A program made the position numbers and the translations under genes. A stretch of DNA of 61,775 nucleotides, filler included, from Choristocarpus tenellus KU-1152 (Eukaryota > Protista > Phaeophyceae), in NCBI GenBank assembly GCA_964200185.2. It is 11 parts of 11 records of this genome, joined end to end, with 100 filler letters (N's around TTAATTAATTAA, not from the genome) between each part and the next. Parts side by side here need not be neighbours in the genome. Positions count along the whole stretch, not along the records: positions 12,490 to 15,694 come from CAXNAD020021557.1; positions 15,795 to 19,332 come from CAXNAD020019387.1; positions 19,433 to 24,284 come from CAXNAD020012793.1; positions 24,385 to 28,065 come from CAXNAD020018542.1; 7 more parts are not named here. One strand, 5' to 3'. The notes beneath the pieces are model-generated. The model was given only the letters and a program-made list of their open reading frames with translations, had not been told where the DNA came from and did not search any database. This document shows, piece by piece, positions 13,827 through 26,965 of the stretch. Numbering within the stretch: position 1 is the stretch's first letter; every line of letters starts with the position of its first letter.

Positions 13827-15629
13827 CTTACTCAGACAGGGGGCTCCAGCTACTCCACATGGGCAAGGGCTTATTTCATCTGAGGAGGAAGACTTGCAAG
13901 ATATTCCTGATGAAAAGATGGGCTTCAGTCTTGGTGCATTTAGGACAGGACACCTCACAGGGGTAAGTAGAGGGTGCTACCACGAAATCAGGATTCGGCA
14001 TTTAATCTTCGTGGTGGTGGCAGTGAATGATTGGGACGACACACAACTGCAGGGTTAGCAATTCTAATAGATCAATGGCGGATATTTATTATTGAAAAAT
14101 TGTCTTCCTACATAGATGAATATATGCACTGCTTGTAGCAAGAGCTAGAACTCTACAACTTTTAGTCACTTAACAACTGCGAACAGACAATAATGATCCC
14201 ACCACACAAAATATGGACTCCTCCACCCATGCATGACTGCCTCTATTTCTTTCCCCCTGGCTGGCAACAGGAGATGCCAATGCCAAAGATCGACTTCTGG
14301 AGGGTTCAATTTGCTATCACCAAACGTTTCTCCGGCTGTGAGGAAGGGGACATTACCGACTGGGTGGTGGTGAAGCTAGGTTCCTCTATGCACAACTTGA
14401 TTGAAGTGTGCAGCGTTAAGAACGTGCTCAACGATGACCTTGGGGAGGTATTGCAAAAACAAAACTAATTTGACGACTTACGGCAAGCTCTAACCTAGTG
14501 CACAAAACAGCATACAAAACAATGGACACCAGTGAATGGACAGAGAGTCACAAAATTGAATGGACACACAAGTAAAAAGCAGTAACCCCCTTCCCCATCT
14601 ACAGATAGATGCATCCATGTGGACCCATGGCAGGAAAAACAGCGATATTATTTTATCCACTATGTATGCCTTCTCCAGTCTCCACTCATCATCACACGAC
14701 ATTAGGACACCAGTCGTGCCTATGATATCCATAGTCCTTGCCATATCTGAAGCATGGGTTCTTTCTCAAGGATCATGAATCAGACACCACAATTTCCCAC
14801 TCTGATAGAGTCCCTACACTCCTTCGTTAGTCAGTTGTGTAGCGCTGCAGTTTGCTTCTCACTCTCTGCTCCTTGTCACCCACTTGTTTTTAACTGAAAT
14901 CAATCACCCCTGAATTTTGAATAATTGCAAGGTGCGGTACGAACTCAGCCACAATTTCCGGGGGGGAAAACTTGCTTATCACTTTGCCTTCTCGTCATCC
15001 AGCCTGGATCCGAATGAGCATATGTCGGTGGAGACCGGCATGTACTCTACCTATGAGTTGGAGCCGCTTGAGGTACAACAAATAATAAATGTAGTAGTAG
15101 AGAGTGTGTATGGGGGGGAGACAATACTGCTATTGTATTGGGGAGAACGCCTTGGGTTTTGGTGATGTTTTGCTCACAGTGGTTTCCTTAAAATCTTTGT
15201 ACAGAATTGTTGCTATTGAGCCAAATTATCTTAGAGGGTAGAGCCGCGTCCATTTGGGGACCAAAATCCAATGTTACGATTTTGATGTAATTTTGGCTAT
15301 CGTGTTTGTTAGGAAGTATCAATATCCTAGTTCAGACACACCTTTTCATAACATATACATTTTACCAACTCCGAAATATTTCAGAGTAGGAAAATGTCAT
15401 AAAAAAATCCGAGGGAAGCCAAGCCCCAAATGGACAAACAGGGCAAAACTCGTACCCTCGAAGATAATTTCGCTCTACCTTTTGCCAACAGTTGTTGAAC
15501 ATCATCGTTCGCGCAGGTTGCAACCTTGTCTGCACAGCCACACACCTTGCCCTCACCAGGCTTATCGACAAGCACCGCGACAGCCTCGATGACTTGGGGA
15601 GTCACACCATCCAGCACGCGCATTGGCAG
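13827..15629 (+). CDS. Hypothetical multi-exon gene or pseudogene, product unknown; candidate exons 13827-13962, 14271-14447, 14932-15072, 15492-15629
   Basis: Open, phase-0-compatible segments bounded by polypyrimidine+AG acceptors and GTAAGT/GTATTG/GTACAA/GTAAGA donors (EMPMPKIDFWRVQF..., VRYELSHNFRGG..., LLNIIVRAGCNL...). An exon-like block at ~14604-14825 carries stops. No recognisable domain. Confidence 0.4.
15218..15475 (-). mobile_element. MITE family A, full copy (258 bp)
   Basis: TIR GAGCCAAATTATCTTAGAGGGTA...TACCCTCGAAGATAATTTCGCTC, colinear with the other A copies. TSD degraded (TATT/TACC). Confidence 0.9.
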
Positions 15630-17104
15630 GTAAGAAGGCTTCATCTTGACACGACCTGCTCAACATACATTGGCTGAATACCAGTCACCAAGTANNNNNN
15701 NNNNNNNNNNNNNNNNNNNNNNNNNNNNNNNNNNNNNNTTAATTAATTAANNNNNNNNNNNNNNNNNNNNNNNNNNNNNNNNNNNNNNNNNNNNGGGGGG
15801 GGGGGGGGGGGGGGGGGGGGGGCGGGGGGGGAAGGAAGCTTCTAATGTGGCAGTGGGGAAGGGCAATGTGAAAAAAGGTTTACCCTGAGAATGGTACTGA
15901 AACGTAGAAGTTCATACATCAAAAACAAAGAGCCAAGGTTCACTCCAGTCCTAGGTAATAAAAACATGTCATCACAGTGACAAACCCTAGTCAATGGCAG
16001 CATTTCACACCATTCTTGTAGATACCACTTGTAGATACCAAGCCACTTAAAGCTGTGAATGTCCCATCAGCCAACACATTTTATGAGATTGAACCTTCTG
16101 TCTGGGCTTCATTTCATGGTGATCAAGGCATCTACACAATTTTCACAAAATAGGTCAGACCTGAGGTCGCTCGTTGAAGTAGGGAGTGGGCTCTGGGCGA
16201 TTAAGGGGGCTCTGGGCAGTGACTGGAGTTACAGAAATATATTTGCAGTGGGCTCACTTACAACAACAGCAAGACTTGCTGAGGGTAGTCCTGGAACAGT
16301 CACATCTTGTGACCAACAGCAGCAGCATCTTCTCCATAAAAAACATGATTTCACACCCACTGCTACAGAACCTCTCCTCCATAAACATCAGGGATCCACA
16401 TCAACACAACAGTTGAATCAGTACCTAAAAGCATACACATACTGTCCTAGCACACCAATCCAGTCGCTACTGACTCCGTAAAAACAATCGGGTGCAACAA
16501 GATTATCGAACAATATATACACATATGTATGTACATTAGAATGTGTATGTGTATGTATGTGTATTTATGTATCTGCATGTTGTCTCGGATTCTTAAGTCT
16601 CACATCTATACCAATCTCTGCCTCCTTTTCCTCCATTTTTCTCATACTTGTAATACATTTCTTACTGCACTACAGCCATAAGAGGGAGTTTATTCTTCCC
16701 CATCCCCAGGGTATCAAAATCAGAGTCCTACGAATCAGGACAAAGAGCCACCCATCGCTACTGCCGCCGCCCTTTCAGGAGGAAAGACTTTCTGGGTAGG
16801 AGGAATCTTCAAGGGAGGAAGCAGATCTCTTCTGTACATGCTTCACTCAGGGAGGCCTTATTCGGGGACACTTCCACAAAAATAATAATATCAAGTGCAC
16901 ACTTACATACACAAGTATATGCAGTACACAAAGTACTCACATCTCACAGTAACCGTAACCCCTTTTACCAAGCCCTAACCAAAACACCAACCCAGTCAGC
17001 CTTCAAAAGGAAGTAAACCTAACCCTAACCCCCCCCACCTGAACAAAAAACAAAAAAGTGCACACAAATATATATATATATATATATATATTCCTTCAGC
17101 TCAC

Positions 17105-17254
17105 CTCAAAGTCTTCCAACGATGGGGGAGGAAGTATGTCCAACACCTTGATGACGTTCTCGTGACTGAAGTGTCTCAATAGTCGGATCTCTCTAACTAT
17201 ACGTTTGGCATCCACTAGGTCATCAAACGCACCAGGAATTTTCTTTATCGCAAC
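17105..17254 (-). CDS. MAP kinase internal exon (subdomains II-IV)
   Basis: 150-bp phase-0 exon (AAG|...|GTGAG) encoding [50 protein letters not shown], typical of the ERK/plant-type MAPK signature. Flanking exons were not identified. Confidence 0.9.
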
Positions 17255-19042
17255 CTTGAGAAAAAAAAAACAAGACAAAAAAAATAATATATATATGTAT
17301 TTTACAACAGCAGAGATAAGAGTACGTGGTGGACAAGGACGGGGTGGGATCAAACAGGCGTCGTGCTCCAAGAAGAGATCGAGGGGTGGGAACAGCAGAG
17401 GGAACAAGGGAAACGCACAAAATACACTCTCGAGTTTTCTACACTGATAGGATGGCCTATTTACACATGTTTACGTGAGCGTGACACTGTAGCTGCACTG
17501 ATGATAGTGTCGGCTATCTGTGCGTAAGCACGTGTGTGTTACCAAGGTCACACTGACAGAACAGCCCGTAGATAGGGACATACCTGTGTGCGTAACATTT
17601 TGTCCAACATATGGTATGTACCTTGTTTTTACACACATGTTTGCGTACCAAACAAGCAGTGCCAAATCTTTCGAGAGGAAAAATATATTTAAAAATATAT
17701 TTAAAAATATATATATTAAACTGTTGAAGTACAGGCAAGAGAAGAGTAGTCTCCATCCAAGAAAGGTTGCCACGCCCTTTTGAGATCACCAACGAGGTCA
17801 TTCGTTATCGCCTTTACCAACGAGAAACTATGTAAACATTAGCGTCAAAAGCAATAACAAATAGAATAAAAAAGAATACAAATCTCCTTCCAGAGACCGG
17901 TTTCAGAAACAAAAACAAAAAAAACTAAATCCTCCGCATTTACACATATTCCCTATCAAATAGAAAATTAGGCCCAAAGCCGTTGTTCAATCTCAATGAA
18001 AAGCTCTGAGCCGCTCTGTAGCAACCTGTAGCCAGACCATTCGGAACTCTGGAGCTTGGGGGCGGGACGGACTCAGAGCGACTCAACCGTTTTTCAGTGG
18101 CTTTTTTCCACACAAGACAATACTGTCCATCACTACACAATTATTCTTGACAATGCGGGGGATGCTAAACACAGATTGAACCCACAATCATCGACATGTA
18201 CAACACGGGTCACAGCCACAACTTCAATTCAGGACACTCCAGGGACAACTACCGCCCCGATATATCTCACGTGCTTGTCATCGAATCTCGGGTTCAAACT
18301 TGGAATCCTCTCAAGGTTGAGGCCCTGCCAACACGGGTCCTTGTTTTCATTGTCTCCCAAATCCCAACACTTCGCTAGCGATTTCCCCCTTATCAACTCC
18401 GCATATCGTCATAACCTGGACCATACAGGACTGAAAACCATAAAAAGATCGGAAAAATTCCAAACTTTCCTCTGCAAAACAAATAACCACTTTTTTTTTT
18501 TTTAAAAAAAAAAAAAAAAAGCACTCACCAAGTATACTTTTGTTTCGACACTTTTTTTAGCCGAATCACAAAATGGCAGGAGGGGAGGGGAGGGGAGGGG
18601 AGCCATCACCGTCTCTTTCAGCAGTCCACTAAAAAAGAGTTGTCACCTTCGAAGATCTAAAAACCCTTGCAAAGCACAGCGTTTTGCTGTCCAGGACTAT
18701 CAATTGTCTTGTGTCCACAAGTGATGTCAACTCCTGAAGGAACGATTCTTCTCTCACCCGGATATCAAGGGGGCTAAATGCATTCCATCTACCAAAATGA
18801 AAAAAAGGACTGACTAGTAATGCTCGATAGTTTAAGATCGCACTGCGTTACTTCATTTTCTCAAAATACAATGCAGCACCTTGTCTTCACCAAGTTGGGC
18901 GGGCACATGCCTTGCCTATGATCAGTAGGCCAAAACACACCACAGGGTCAAACATTTCTTCACCAGTTACAGTGCACAATTCTGAGAGAGACACTGACAG
19001 AACATCATCCCCTACGCTTGATTGTAGACAGAACGCACCTAT

Positions 19043-19064
19043 CCCTAACCCTAACCCTAACCCT
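19043..19064 (-). repeat. Short interstitial telomeric repeat (TTAGGG)3.7
   Basis: CCCTAACCCTAACCCTAACCCT. Confidence 0.85.
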
Positions 19065-19432
19065 GCCCGGTACAATCACACACCACAGCCGCTAAAAAAA
19101 GAAAAAGAAAAAGAAAAAAATCAAAGCGCATAAATAACTCCACTCAAAAAACTAATTAGCAAAGAAAGGACAGACGATATACTTCTCTCAACACCAGAAT
19201 CAACCCGAACTTGTCCCGACCCAGGGACTGGCTACATACTCGACACACGAGGGGAGAAGTGGACATGGGACGGGCTTAACCGGACGAGAAAAAAAAAGGG
19301 GGATGGGAGTCTGATCAGGGGAGCATTGGGGGNNNNNNNNNNNNNNNNNNNNNNNNNNNNNNNNNNNNNNNNNNNNTTAATTAATTAANNNNNNNNNNNN
19401 NNNNNNNNNNNNNNNNNNNNNNNNNNNNNNNN

Positions 19433-19589
19433 GCGGCTGTCCATTTGGGGTCAATTTTTTCATATCACGATTTTTGGGTGATTTGGCTGCCATACGTCGG
19501 ATGGATAATGCAAATGCACTTTTCCCGATTTTGGTCCAAAATGGACACCCTCAGGTAGACCTCCCCCACCCCCCCAGATAGTTTGGGTC
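19433..19589 (-). mobile_element. MITE family B, truncated by contig start
   Basis: Reverse complement of 12507-12684, ending CCCCCAGATAGTTTGGGTC. Confidence 0.85.
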
Positions 19590-20689
19590 ATCATGCAGAT
19601 GAAATAAAACAAAAAAGAAACAAGAAGACAACCTCGAATCCATATCAAACATGACTAATGTCCCTCATAGTATGTATGTATTATGGGCAGCGACTGTTCC
19701 TATGCTTTCTATCCACTGTCACATACTTACAGTGGTTGAGTACAGTGTGATGATGAACTAATGATGGGAATGATAATAGCGACCAGCACAATGGACGAAT
19801 CAGCATTCAGTGTGAGCCGACGATACCGTATCGTATCAAAACAAATCGAACGAGTAGCCTATGTTTTAACACAATACCCTACCAAGAATTACAGGAATGG
19901 GCATGGAGTTATCGGTGGCTACCCATTGTTGCCTTATGGTTGCACGCCTTTGGGAAGCAATGACTTCACCTCAAGAGGTATGCAAGAACCTTCAACCATG
20001 CCAGGTGCTCAATCCTGTGCCTGGTTTTCATTTCCTTTGCCCTCTACTCTCCAAGAGCAAGGTGGAGAGGTGGATCAGATGATATAACATTGCCCCCAAA
20101 TTGTTTATTATGTGGATGATTATATACTGCAACCCCTCCCCACCTAGGTCATCCTTGTGATCCCTCCATTCTGTTGGTCAGTCGCCCCAGTCAGACCACT
20201 CTTAATCATTGACATTTGCTATTACGGTGAAGCCGCAAATCTCTACTCCAATTCTGGCTTCCTTCCCTAGGGCTTCCAGTGACTGTTGGAGAGGTCGGTC
20301 AAGAGGGTCCAAAATATGGGAAGAGAGAGCCATCGCTGTGTGGCTTGTAGGTGCTTTTGACACAACACTTAACTCCCACAGACGCTTCCGATGTAGGATA
20401 TGTTGCCAGTTCACACACCACCAAGATAAGAGTCAAGCTTGACTACAAGGGGAGGTCAGGTGAGACAAAAGCTAGTGCTTTCGCATCAAGGTGTTGCAGT
20501 ATTGGAGACGGTGACAGGAACCGTGTGACCACTGATGACATGAGGATACACTTGCCTGCACGAACCTCTGAGATGTACTACAGACTGCAATAGCAGCCCT
20601 CTACATTGCAGTTGACCGACTTTGCATCTGCACCTTCACAACAACGTGAAAATAATTCACATATAACAAGTTATCACTTCTGACCTGCA

Positions 20690-21430
20690 AATGGCACCTG
20701 GTGCTTACCATGCCGTCCATCTTATGGCTATGACAGTAATTTGCCTTTCATGACCGAACCTAAGCTGGTGGGTATCGTAAGTGGTACCAGCAGTTGCTGT
20801 GCAAATCCACCATGCTATCTAGCTCATTTCTGCTCTACTACACCACCTTCCTTTTTCCTGTCATGACCAAACTGAACCCAAGAGCAAATTCTGGGTTATG
20901 ACAGTGATCATCCTTCACATCCTATTGTAAGATGTAAGTCATGTTCAAAACCATAGATCCTCTTCCTCTCCCCTTTGAAACTGTAGCCAAAAAGGAAGAA
21001 ATGTGTTGGCTGCTGGCATTAGGCAATTCGCACATTCACCATGACATCCTAGCTTATGGCGAGAGTAGTACACCATCTTCCTGTGGCCCTCATGACCATA
21101 GGTAGGGCTCATGGAACATCTTGGACTCTTCCAGGGAGTATTTCTCACATCCACCATGCCATCCGCCTTGTGACCAAAAACGTACATCACCTTCCTCTCT
21201 CCCATACGACTAAGGTTGGGCCAGTGAGTCCATACTTCACATTCATTATACCATCCAATTTATGGCCAGGGCAGTACATTGCCTTCCCACCCCTCTCGGG
21301 ACCAAAGCTAGACCTTACTGAATATTCTGGATCCTGGCCATTTCTCACATCTACCATGCCTTCCAGGTCATGGACACTGCAACACACAGCCTTTCTCTCC
21401 CCCTTGAGATCAAAGCTGGCTCTTCAGGCA
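20690..21430 (-). pseudogene. Degenerate EsV-1-7 cysteine-rich repeat array (~7 repeats, ~105-bp period)
   Basis: Minus-strand fragments RASFDLKGERKAVCCSVHDLEGMVDVRN, SSFGPERGGKAMYCPGHKLDGIMNVK, RKVMYVFGHKADGMVDVRN and PTYGHEGHRKMVYYSRHKLG match the EsV-1-7 repeat (PxFG..G...A.YC..H...GMVDV). Frameshifts and lost Cys residues. Confidence 0.8.
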
Positions 21431-22059
21431 CATATATGGTACTGGCACAAAGTGCGATGTCGCATGACGCCATGGGTACAGTGGGGAGGGATTGAAGAGC
21501 TCTCCGAGGTGGTTATGAGGAAATTGATCATTGATTTGCTATCCCCAGAGCTATCCACTTCGGGATGGGAGACGCGGAACCCTCGTCATCCTTGGAACCC
21601 TGCTTTCGTCAATATATACTCGTTCTCCTTTTTGGACGATATCTTCCTATCCTCAAGACTCATGCCTTTACTTGGCGAATTGGTCGGGATCGGGTAGGTG
21701 TGATGCTCGTCATGCCCACGGCGGGAATTCAGATTATTGATCCAAACACTGCTGTCCCCAGTTCTTTTGGAAAGTTGTTCGATAGTTTCAGTATTCTCTT
21801 TGTGGGCGAGTAAGGGACTTTGGATGTGTTAACATCATGAAATGGAAAGTAGAAGAAGACATCCATCCATCCATCCATCCATCCATCCAAACAATGAAGT
21901 GACAGTTGTTTTGTTCAAACCAAACAGTTTCCTAATACCACCTCCTTCGCACAACAGCCAATGCATTCCTGCTGTACTCGTATTGTAGCCCTATCAACCC
22001 GCAGCAGGGAGAAACTGGTTGTCGGGGGAAGGTTGCATACTACTTTTTCTGAATTTGAG

Positions 22060-23404
22060 GACGCGGATGGTGGGTGGACGTCCAATGCCCGACGACATCA
22101 AGAATACCCTAGAGCGACTCCAGGAGAGTATCAAAGGTCTATCGGATGCCAGCGCTCTCATCGAGGCCGCCAACCAGGCAAGTTTGATCTCTACGAGAAG
22201 ATAGAGCATGTTTTATGTCTTACGATGCGTGTTCTTGCAACTTAGCGCCTGTGGCAATCCAAACGCCAGTGCCACCTTCTTGTCAAGTTTTGAAACGGCA
22301 GTATCAATCCCTCCACCCGATCCTAGGAGAGAGATAGGGATGTCGGCAGTGGAGGAGTTGGAATATCGAGATCCCCTTCTCTACATGGGTGTTCTGGGGA
22401 GACTGATGAGGGAGGGGATTCGGAAGGATTCTCGGCGGGAGGGTCATCGACTGCTTCGTCAGTGATACCACGGCTACACCTTGGGCTAAAGAGGACTGCG
22501 GTGAACGACTCGGCGGAGGTGTGGACGGTCGTTGATTGAACAGTTGAATGAACAGTTGACCGAACAGTTAGACAGAGTAGTGATAGAGCAGCTGCTTCTC
22601 TTGCAAATGGTCAAATCACGACCAAAAAAATTGGTATGCAACTCTGGTGCCGTATGCAACCTCTCTGCTAGATGGTACACATTCTTCATAGTGCTCTTGT
22701 GCACTAAATTATCTTATGGCGTCGTTACTGAGGTATTGGCAGGAAGTCATATCATCTCATGATACACTCAAACCCAGGAAATATGGCACAATACATCGAC
22801 CCCCCTCCTTTCACCCTGTCCCATCATGTACTCATGTTCTCACCTGCACAACAAGCGGTACGATGGCACCTGACATCACTGCGGTCTTGTAATGAAACAT
22901 GGTTGACGATGGTGCATACCTGCCATGCATAAAAGAGTCAAACCAGCGGTCATAGCTTCATTTTGCTAAATGCAAACTCTTGAAAGTTGGGGTGGGTGCT
23001 TCTGATGGATCCAGGAATACCAGAAATTCATGTATCAATACGGGAAAACGAAAAACTTTAAACTATAAACTACCAAACACAGTCACCACCGCTCCATACT
23101 CGACCTGTAGACCTCCACCTCCTCATACTTATTGACTTCAGATAATAGACAAAGAGCAACAAGTCCAGGCAACAAATGAGATGAATGTACGAGGAAACCA
23201 TCGCCTCTGGAGGATATTGTAAGCCCTCCACATATCTACCCTCCCCACCTTGCATCCCCTCTGGTGAAAATGGACAAGTCCCAAGCAGCGGCGGAGCTGG
23301 AAGATCTGAGGGCAGAGAAGGAAAGTCTGCAGCTGATGAAGGCACAGCTGGCGGCCGTCCAGCACCTGCAAGTGGACCTCCAGAGGAAGGATACTGTAAT
23401 ACAG
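22060..23404 (+). pseudogene. Multi-exon coiled-coil-protein pseudogene (exon candidates ~22060-22177, ~22246-22540, 23142-23404)
   Basis: MPDDIKNTLERLQESIKGLSDASALIEAANQ|GCAAGT donor. The last exon ...KMDKSQAAAELEDLRAEKESLQLMKAQLAAVQHLQVDLQRKDTVIQ|GT has an in-frame TGA at 23177-23179, and the middle exon also has stops. Confidence 0.45.
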
Positions 23405-24384
23405 GTGTGTATTGGAGTTGTAGTGCTTGTGGCAGGATACATATTGTTTTGAGTGAGGGTGAGGGGTGATATTCCATAGATTACTCTACTGTTGTGTGAT
23501 TGGTCTGTTCGCTGCTTCTTCTGCACAATGCAAGAAAAGCCGTGAATCAAGTATATTTCAGTGATGAAGAAGAGACACACTGATAGTACCATAGAATTAT
23601 CAGTACTTCGCTTCCAGTGTTTTTTTAGGAGAGGACGTAAGCAAGCAAGGAATTGCTTACTATACCTTGGCCAAATTCACAAGACACTTTTCGAACAGTT
23701 CTTAAAAAAGTAAGAGTCACGCAAAATACTCTTTGAGCGTTTGTCACTGGCCAACGCTTTTCTCAAGTCAGGAATCATTACCAGGAATCATTACCAGGTC
23801 TGGAGCGCAGCAGAGTTTTTACCCTCCCCCTGCCATTGAGCAGCAGGAGACAAGTAATGATGTTTGGTGACAAGTGATGTTGTCAATTCTCAGAAGAGGG
23901 GATGAAAGACTAGTTAACCCCAACTCTGCTTTCTTTGCAACACATGCCGCGACTGTGAAGAGTGTCGAAACTTCGGGGTGCCAACGCAATGAAATAGACC
24001 CTGCTGGAAACAAAAAACAGTAGGGTGTCTGGTGCCACTCTCAAGACTGACTGTCCTCTTTGCTCTCGCGTTACGTGAGTAGGATGAACGGTCAAGAGCC
24101 TTGAAACGCCTCCTCGTAATTCCCGAAACGCCTTCCAGCCAATTTTATAACACGCCTCAGCAAGGTGTTCTGTCGATAGAACTGGTCAAGTAAAATGTCT
24201 TTAAAAGTTGACTTTTCTTTTTCCGGTCATGTGCTCCACAGCAAGCACTCGTTCGTTGAAGTACCCCCCCCCCCGCCCGCCCCCNNNNNNNNNNNNNNNN
24301 NNNNNNNNNNNNNNNNNNNNNNNNNNNNTTAATTAATTAANNNNNNNNNNNNNNNNNNNNNNNNNNNNNNNNNNNNNNNNNNNN

Positions 24385-26131
24385 CCAGGGAGATGGGCAC
24401 GGAGGGGTCTGTTGGATTCTTGGGATGCTTCCCTAGCTCCCCCCCCCGGGGCACAGGAGTAGGTAGATGGGAAGCTAAGGAAGACAGTAGTACAATACTT
24501 GATAGTGGTGAAGTAACTGATTAGTGGTTTCCACACATACCATGCATGTTTTATGGTGTTCTTACGTTTAGGATATCTTATTTCTTTAGGGCTAATAACG
24601 ACATATATATAGTTTTCATCGGTTTCCCCCCTGACATATCTGCAAAATGTCAGAGGGCATAATAATAAAATAATAATGAAGTGGCCGGGATACGTCACTG
24701 CCCAAGTTAAAGCGGTGTGGGGATATCGGAAAAAAAAACACTCAAGATTTCTGGACATCTTTTTAACACCTTTTCCAGACTTTCTGTGAGCACACACACG
24801 CGTGACTTACACAGCAACATAAACCACGACGGTGAGACAAGGAGAGTCGCTGAGCCCACTCTGCCGCCTGGATCTACCCTCAGCACCTTCTCTGTCGAGA
24901 GGTGATGGAAAAGCAAGTACCTTGTGACACTCCGTGCGATGTTAGGTGACGAGAAAGTGCGAGTAGTGTGGCGCAGAGGCATGATCAAATCGCAAAATGG
25001 GTCATGGGGCCACGACGCTGACGCTGAGAGAAGATGCAATGAAAGCATTACCACACAAACGTGGTTGGATCTTCAACCACATCGGAGCACTGCTCTACAG
25101 TGTATGTCACCTCGGGAAAGCAGGAAGAAAGCGGCGAGTTCATCACCAGGTGGTACAGTGACAAAGTCTGTGGGGAAGCATGGTTACGGCAGGCGAAGGG
25201 AGAATCGGGGAGGTCGCCCGAAGGGAAGGTTGGGGAAGAGAGCAGTGCGACTGCATGCCATTGCGCTCAGGAAACGCCTAACCGAAAAAACCCGGGTGTA
25301 GAATATCTTAGTAGTCGACAGTTGCAGCAGGCCCTTGCTGTCTGAAAGCTGTACGAGCCCGAGTGACTTAAGGAAACGAGAAAGAAGATGTAGGGTTGGG
25401 CTACAAGGGCTCTGAAGCCCGAAAGAAGATTGAAAGGGCTCGCAAGGTGGAGGAGAAAGCGATCGTAACAGAGGAAGCTGTGGAGACTTTTTGATACCAC
25501 CAAATCCTTTACTTAGAAGAGGTCACGAAGCAGGCGGAGGTAGCCATCAACAAGGACACCAGGGAACAAGAAGAGGTGAGATTGAGACTATTTGCACACA
25601 GATGTTTTGATGTCTCCCACTTCTTGCAAAATACCGTACATTCACTTTTGTTCCTGGACTTAGGGTTGGACGTATAAAGTTGATTAAGGCTTTCTCCCAG
25701 CCTGCATTCATTCGAGAAATCAACACATTTTTCGATCAACTCAAGCCTGTCTTCCCTCACCCTTGCGCCTTGACGATAAAATATCACCCAACAAGGAAAC
25801 ACGAATAATGCCCATTTCCAGCGCTCAACAAGGAAAAATGATAGTTAAGGCTCTAAAACTGTGAATCCTGCACCTGCGTATGGACGACGGAAAAGACTGT
25901 CAAACGGCGCTCGAGATGGCAGCAGGATATACAATGGTCAGGTCGGAAACTGTGATTAAATGGGAAAGAGACTTCCTAACTAAGGGCCACATCAAGGTGT
26001 CGGGGCAAGGGCGCTACGAGAGGCGTTTTGTTCTGGGCCTCGACGAGGACATCCTTGCCGAGGTCAAAGAGTCGGTTCACGAACACATAGGAAGAAAGGA
26101 GTTTTTTTCCCGTCCAAGCCCTATACTTTAA
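24385..26131 (+). mobile_element. Degenerate putative DNA transposon (family C end plus broken transposase-like N-terminal coding remnants)
   Basis: Left end is shared with 6376-6660. A fragmented basic/coiled-coil ORF leads into KWERDFLTKGHIKVSGQGRY...LDEDILAEVKE, which resembles the pre-catalytic region of IS630/Tc1-like eukaryotic transposases. No DDE core is present. Confidence 0.4.
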
Positions 26132-26965
26132 TCAAGTAATAGTGCATCTGTTGTCACTCTTGGTGACCTACAATCCAGGGTTCGAACCCCAATATGAGCG
26201 TACTTTCTTCAAGAAAAGAAAAAATGACGAAGAAAATAATGAAGCCCGTGCTCTGGATGGTCTTGCGACGAGCATCACGAATATGCTTCTTCTTTTTTAA
26301 TTTGACGTCTACATTAAAAGTTATGATGGGACAACCCTAGAGGGCGAAGCTACTGCTACCACTATAGTAGTTCATCCCAATGTGATGTAAATAGTACCTA
26401 AGATTCTTGATAAAATCATGTAGAACAGGAAATCATTGAGGATGCGTAAAAACCGGTGTGTAGATAACCATCTACGTATTCTAAAACACTTATCATTTTA
26501 GGAAGTGTGAGAATTAAGAAACGTTCGTTACCTCTCAAAAGCATTTTTTGGGGTGGGTGGGTAAACTGGCTTTTCGAAAGGTGGCCTGGATTTCCAAAGG
26601 AAAAATCGCATTGATGAAATAGGTATGAGTATGCCGTAGCAGGTGGTGTTTGCCTATCTGAGTGTATCAACTACTGTAAGAAAGCCTCTCCGCTTTGGTT
26701 CACACTAAAATAGGGTTGTGTTTGACGGATTGCTGGCATTGACATATCCAACATATGCTAATGTCCAAGGGGAACTCCATGGTGACCACCTGCCACTCTA
26801 ATTTATCCTGTGGGAGGACATTTCATTGTCCTGTGTACCCCTCAAAACGGTTGGGTGTGCATATTTAACAGGTATGATTGTCAGCTATCGTCACTATATT
26901 TTTGAATAGTGTTAACGTCAATTGAATGATAATGATAGTTATAGAATAGGGGAGGGAATGGGGTT

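Noticed and set aside
18887-19075. Upstream MAPK exon (CTVTGEE)
   Set aside because: No GxGxYG loop and no suitable donor. The GLGLGLG segment is just the telomeric repeat.
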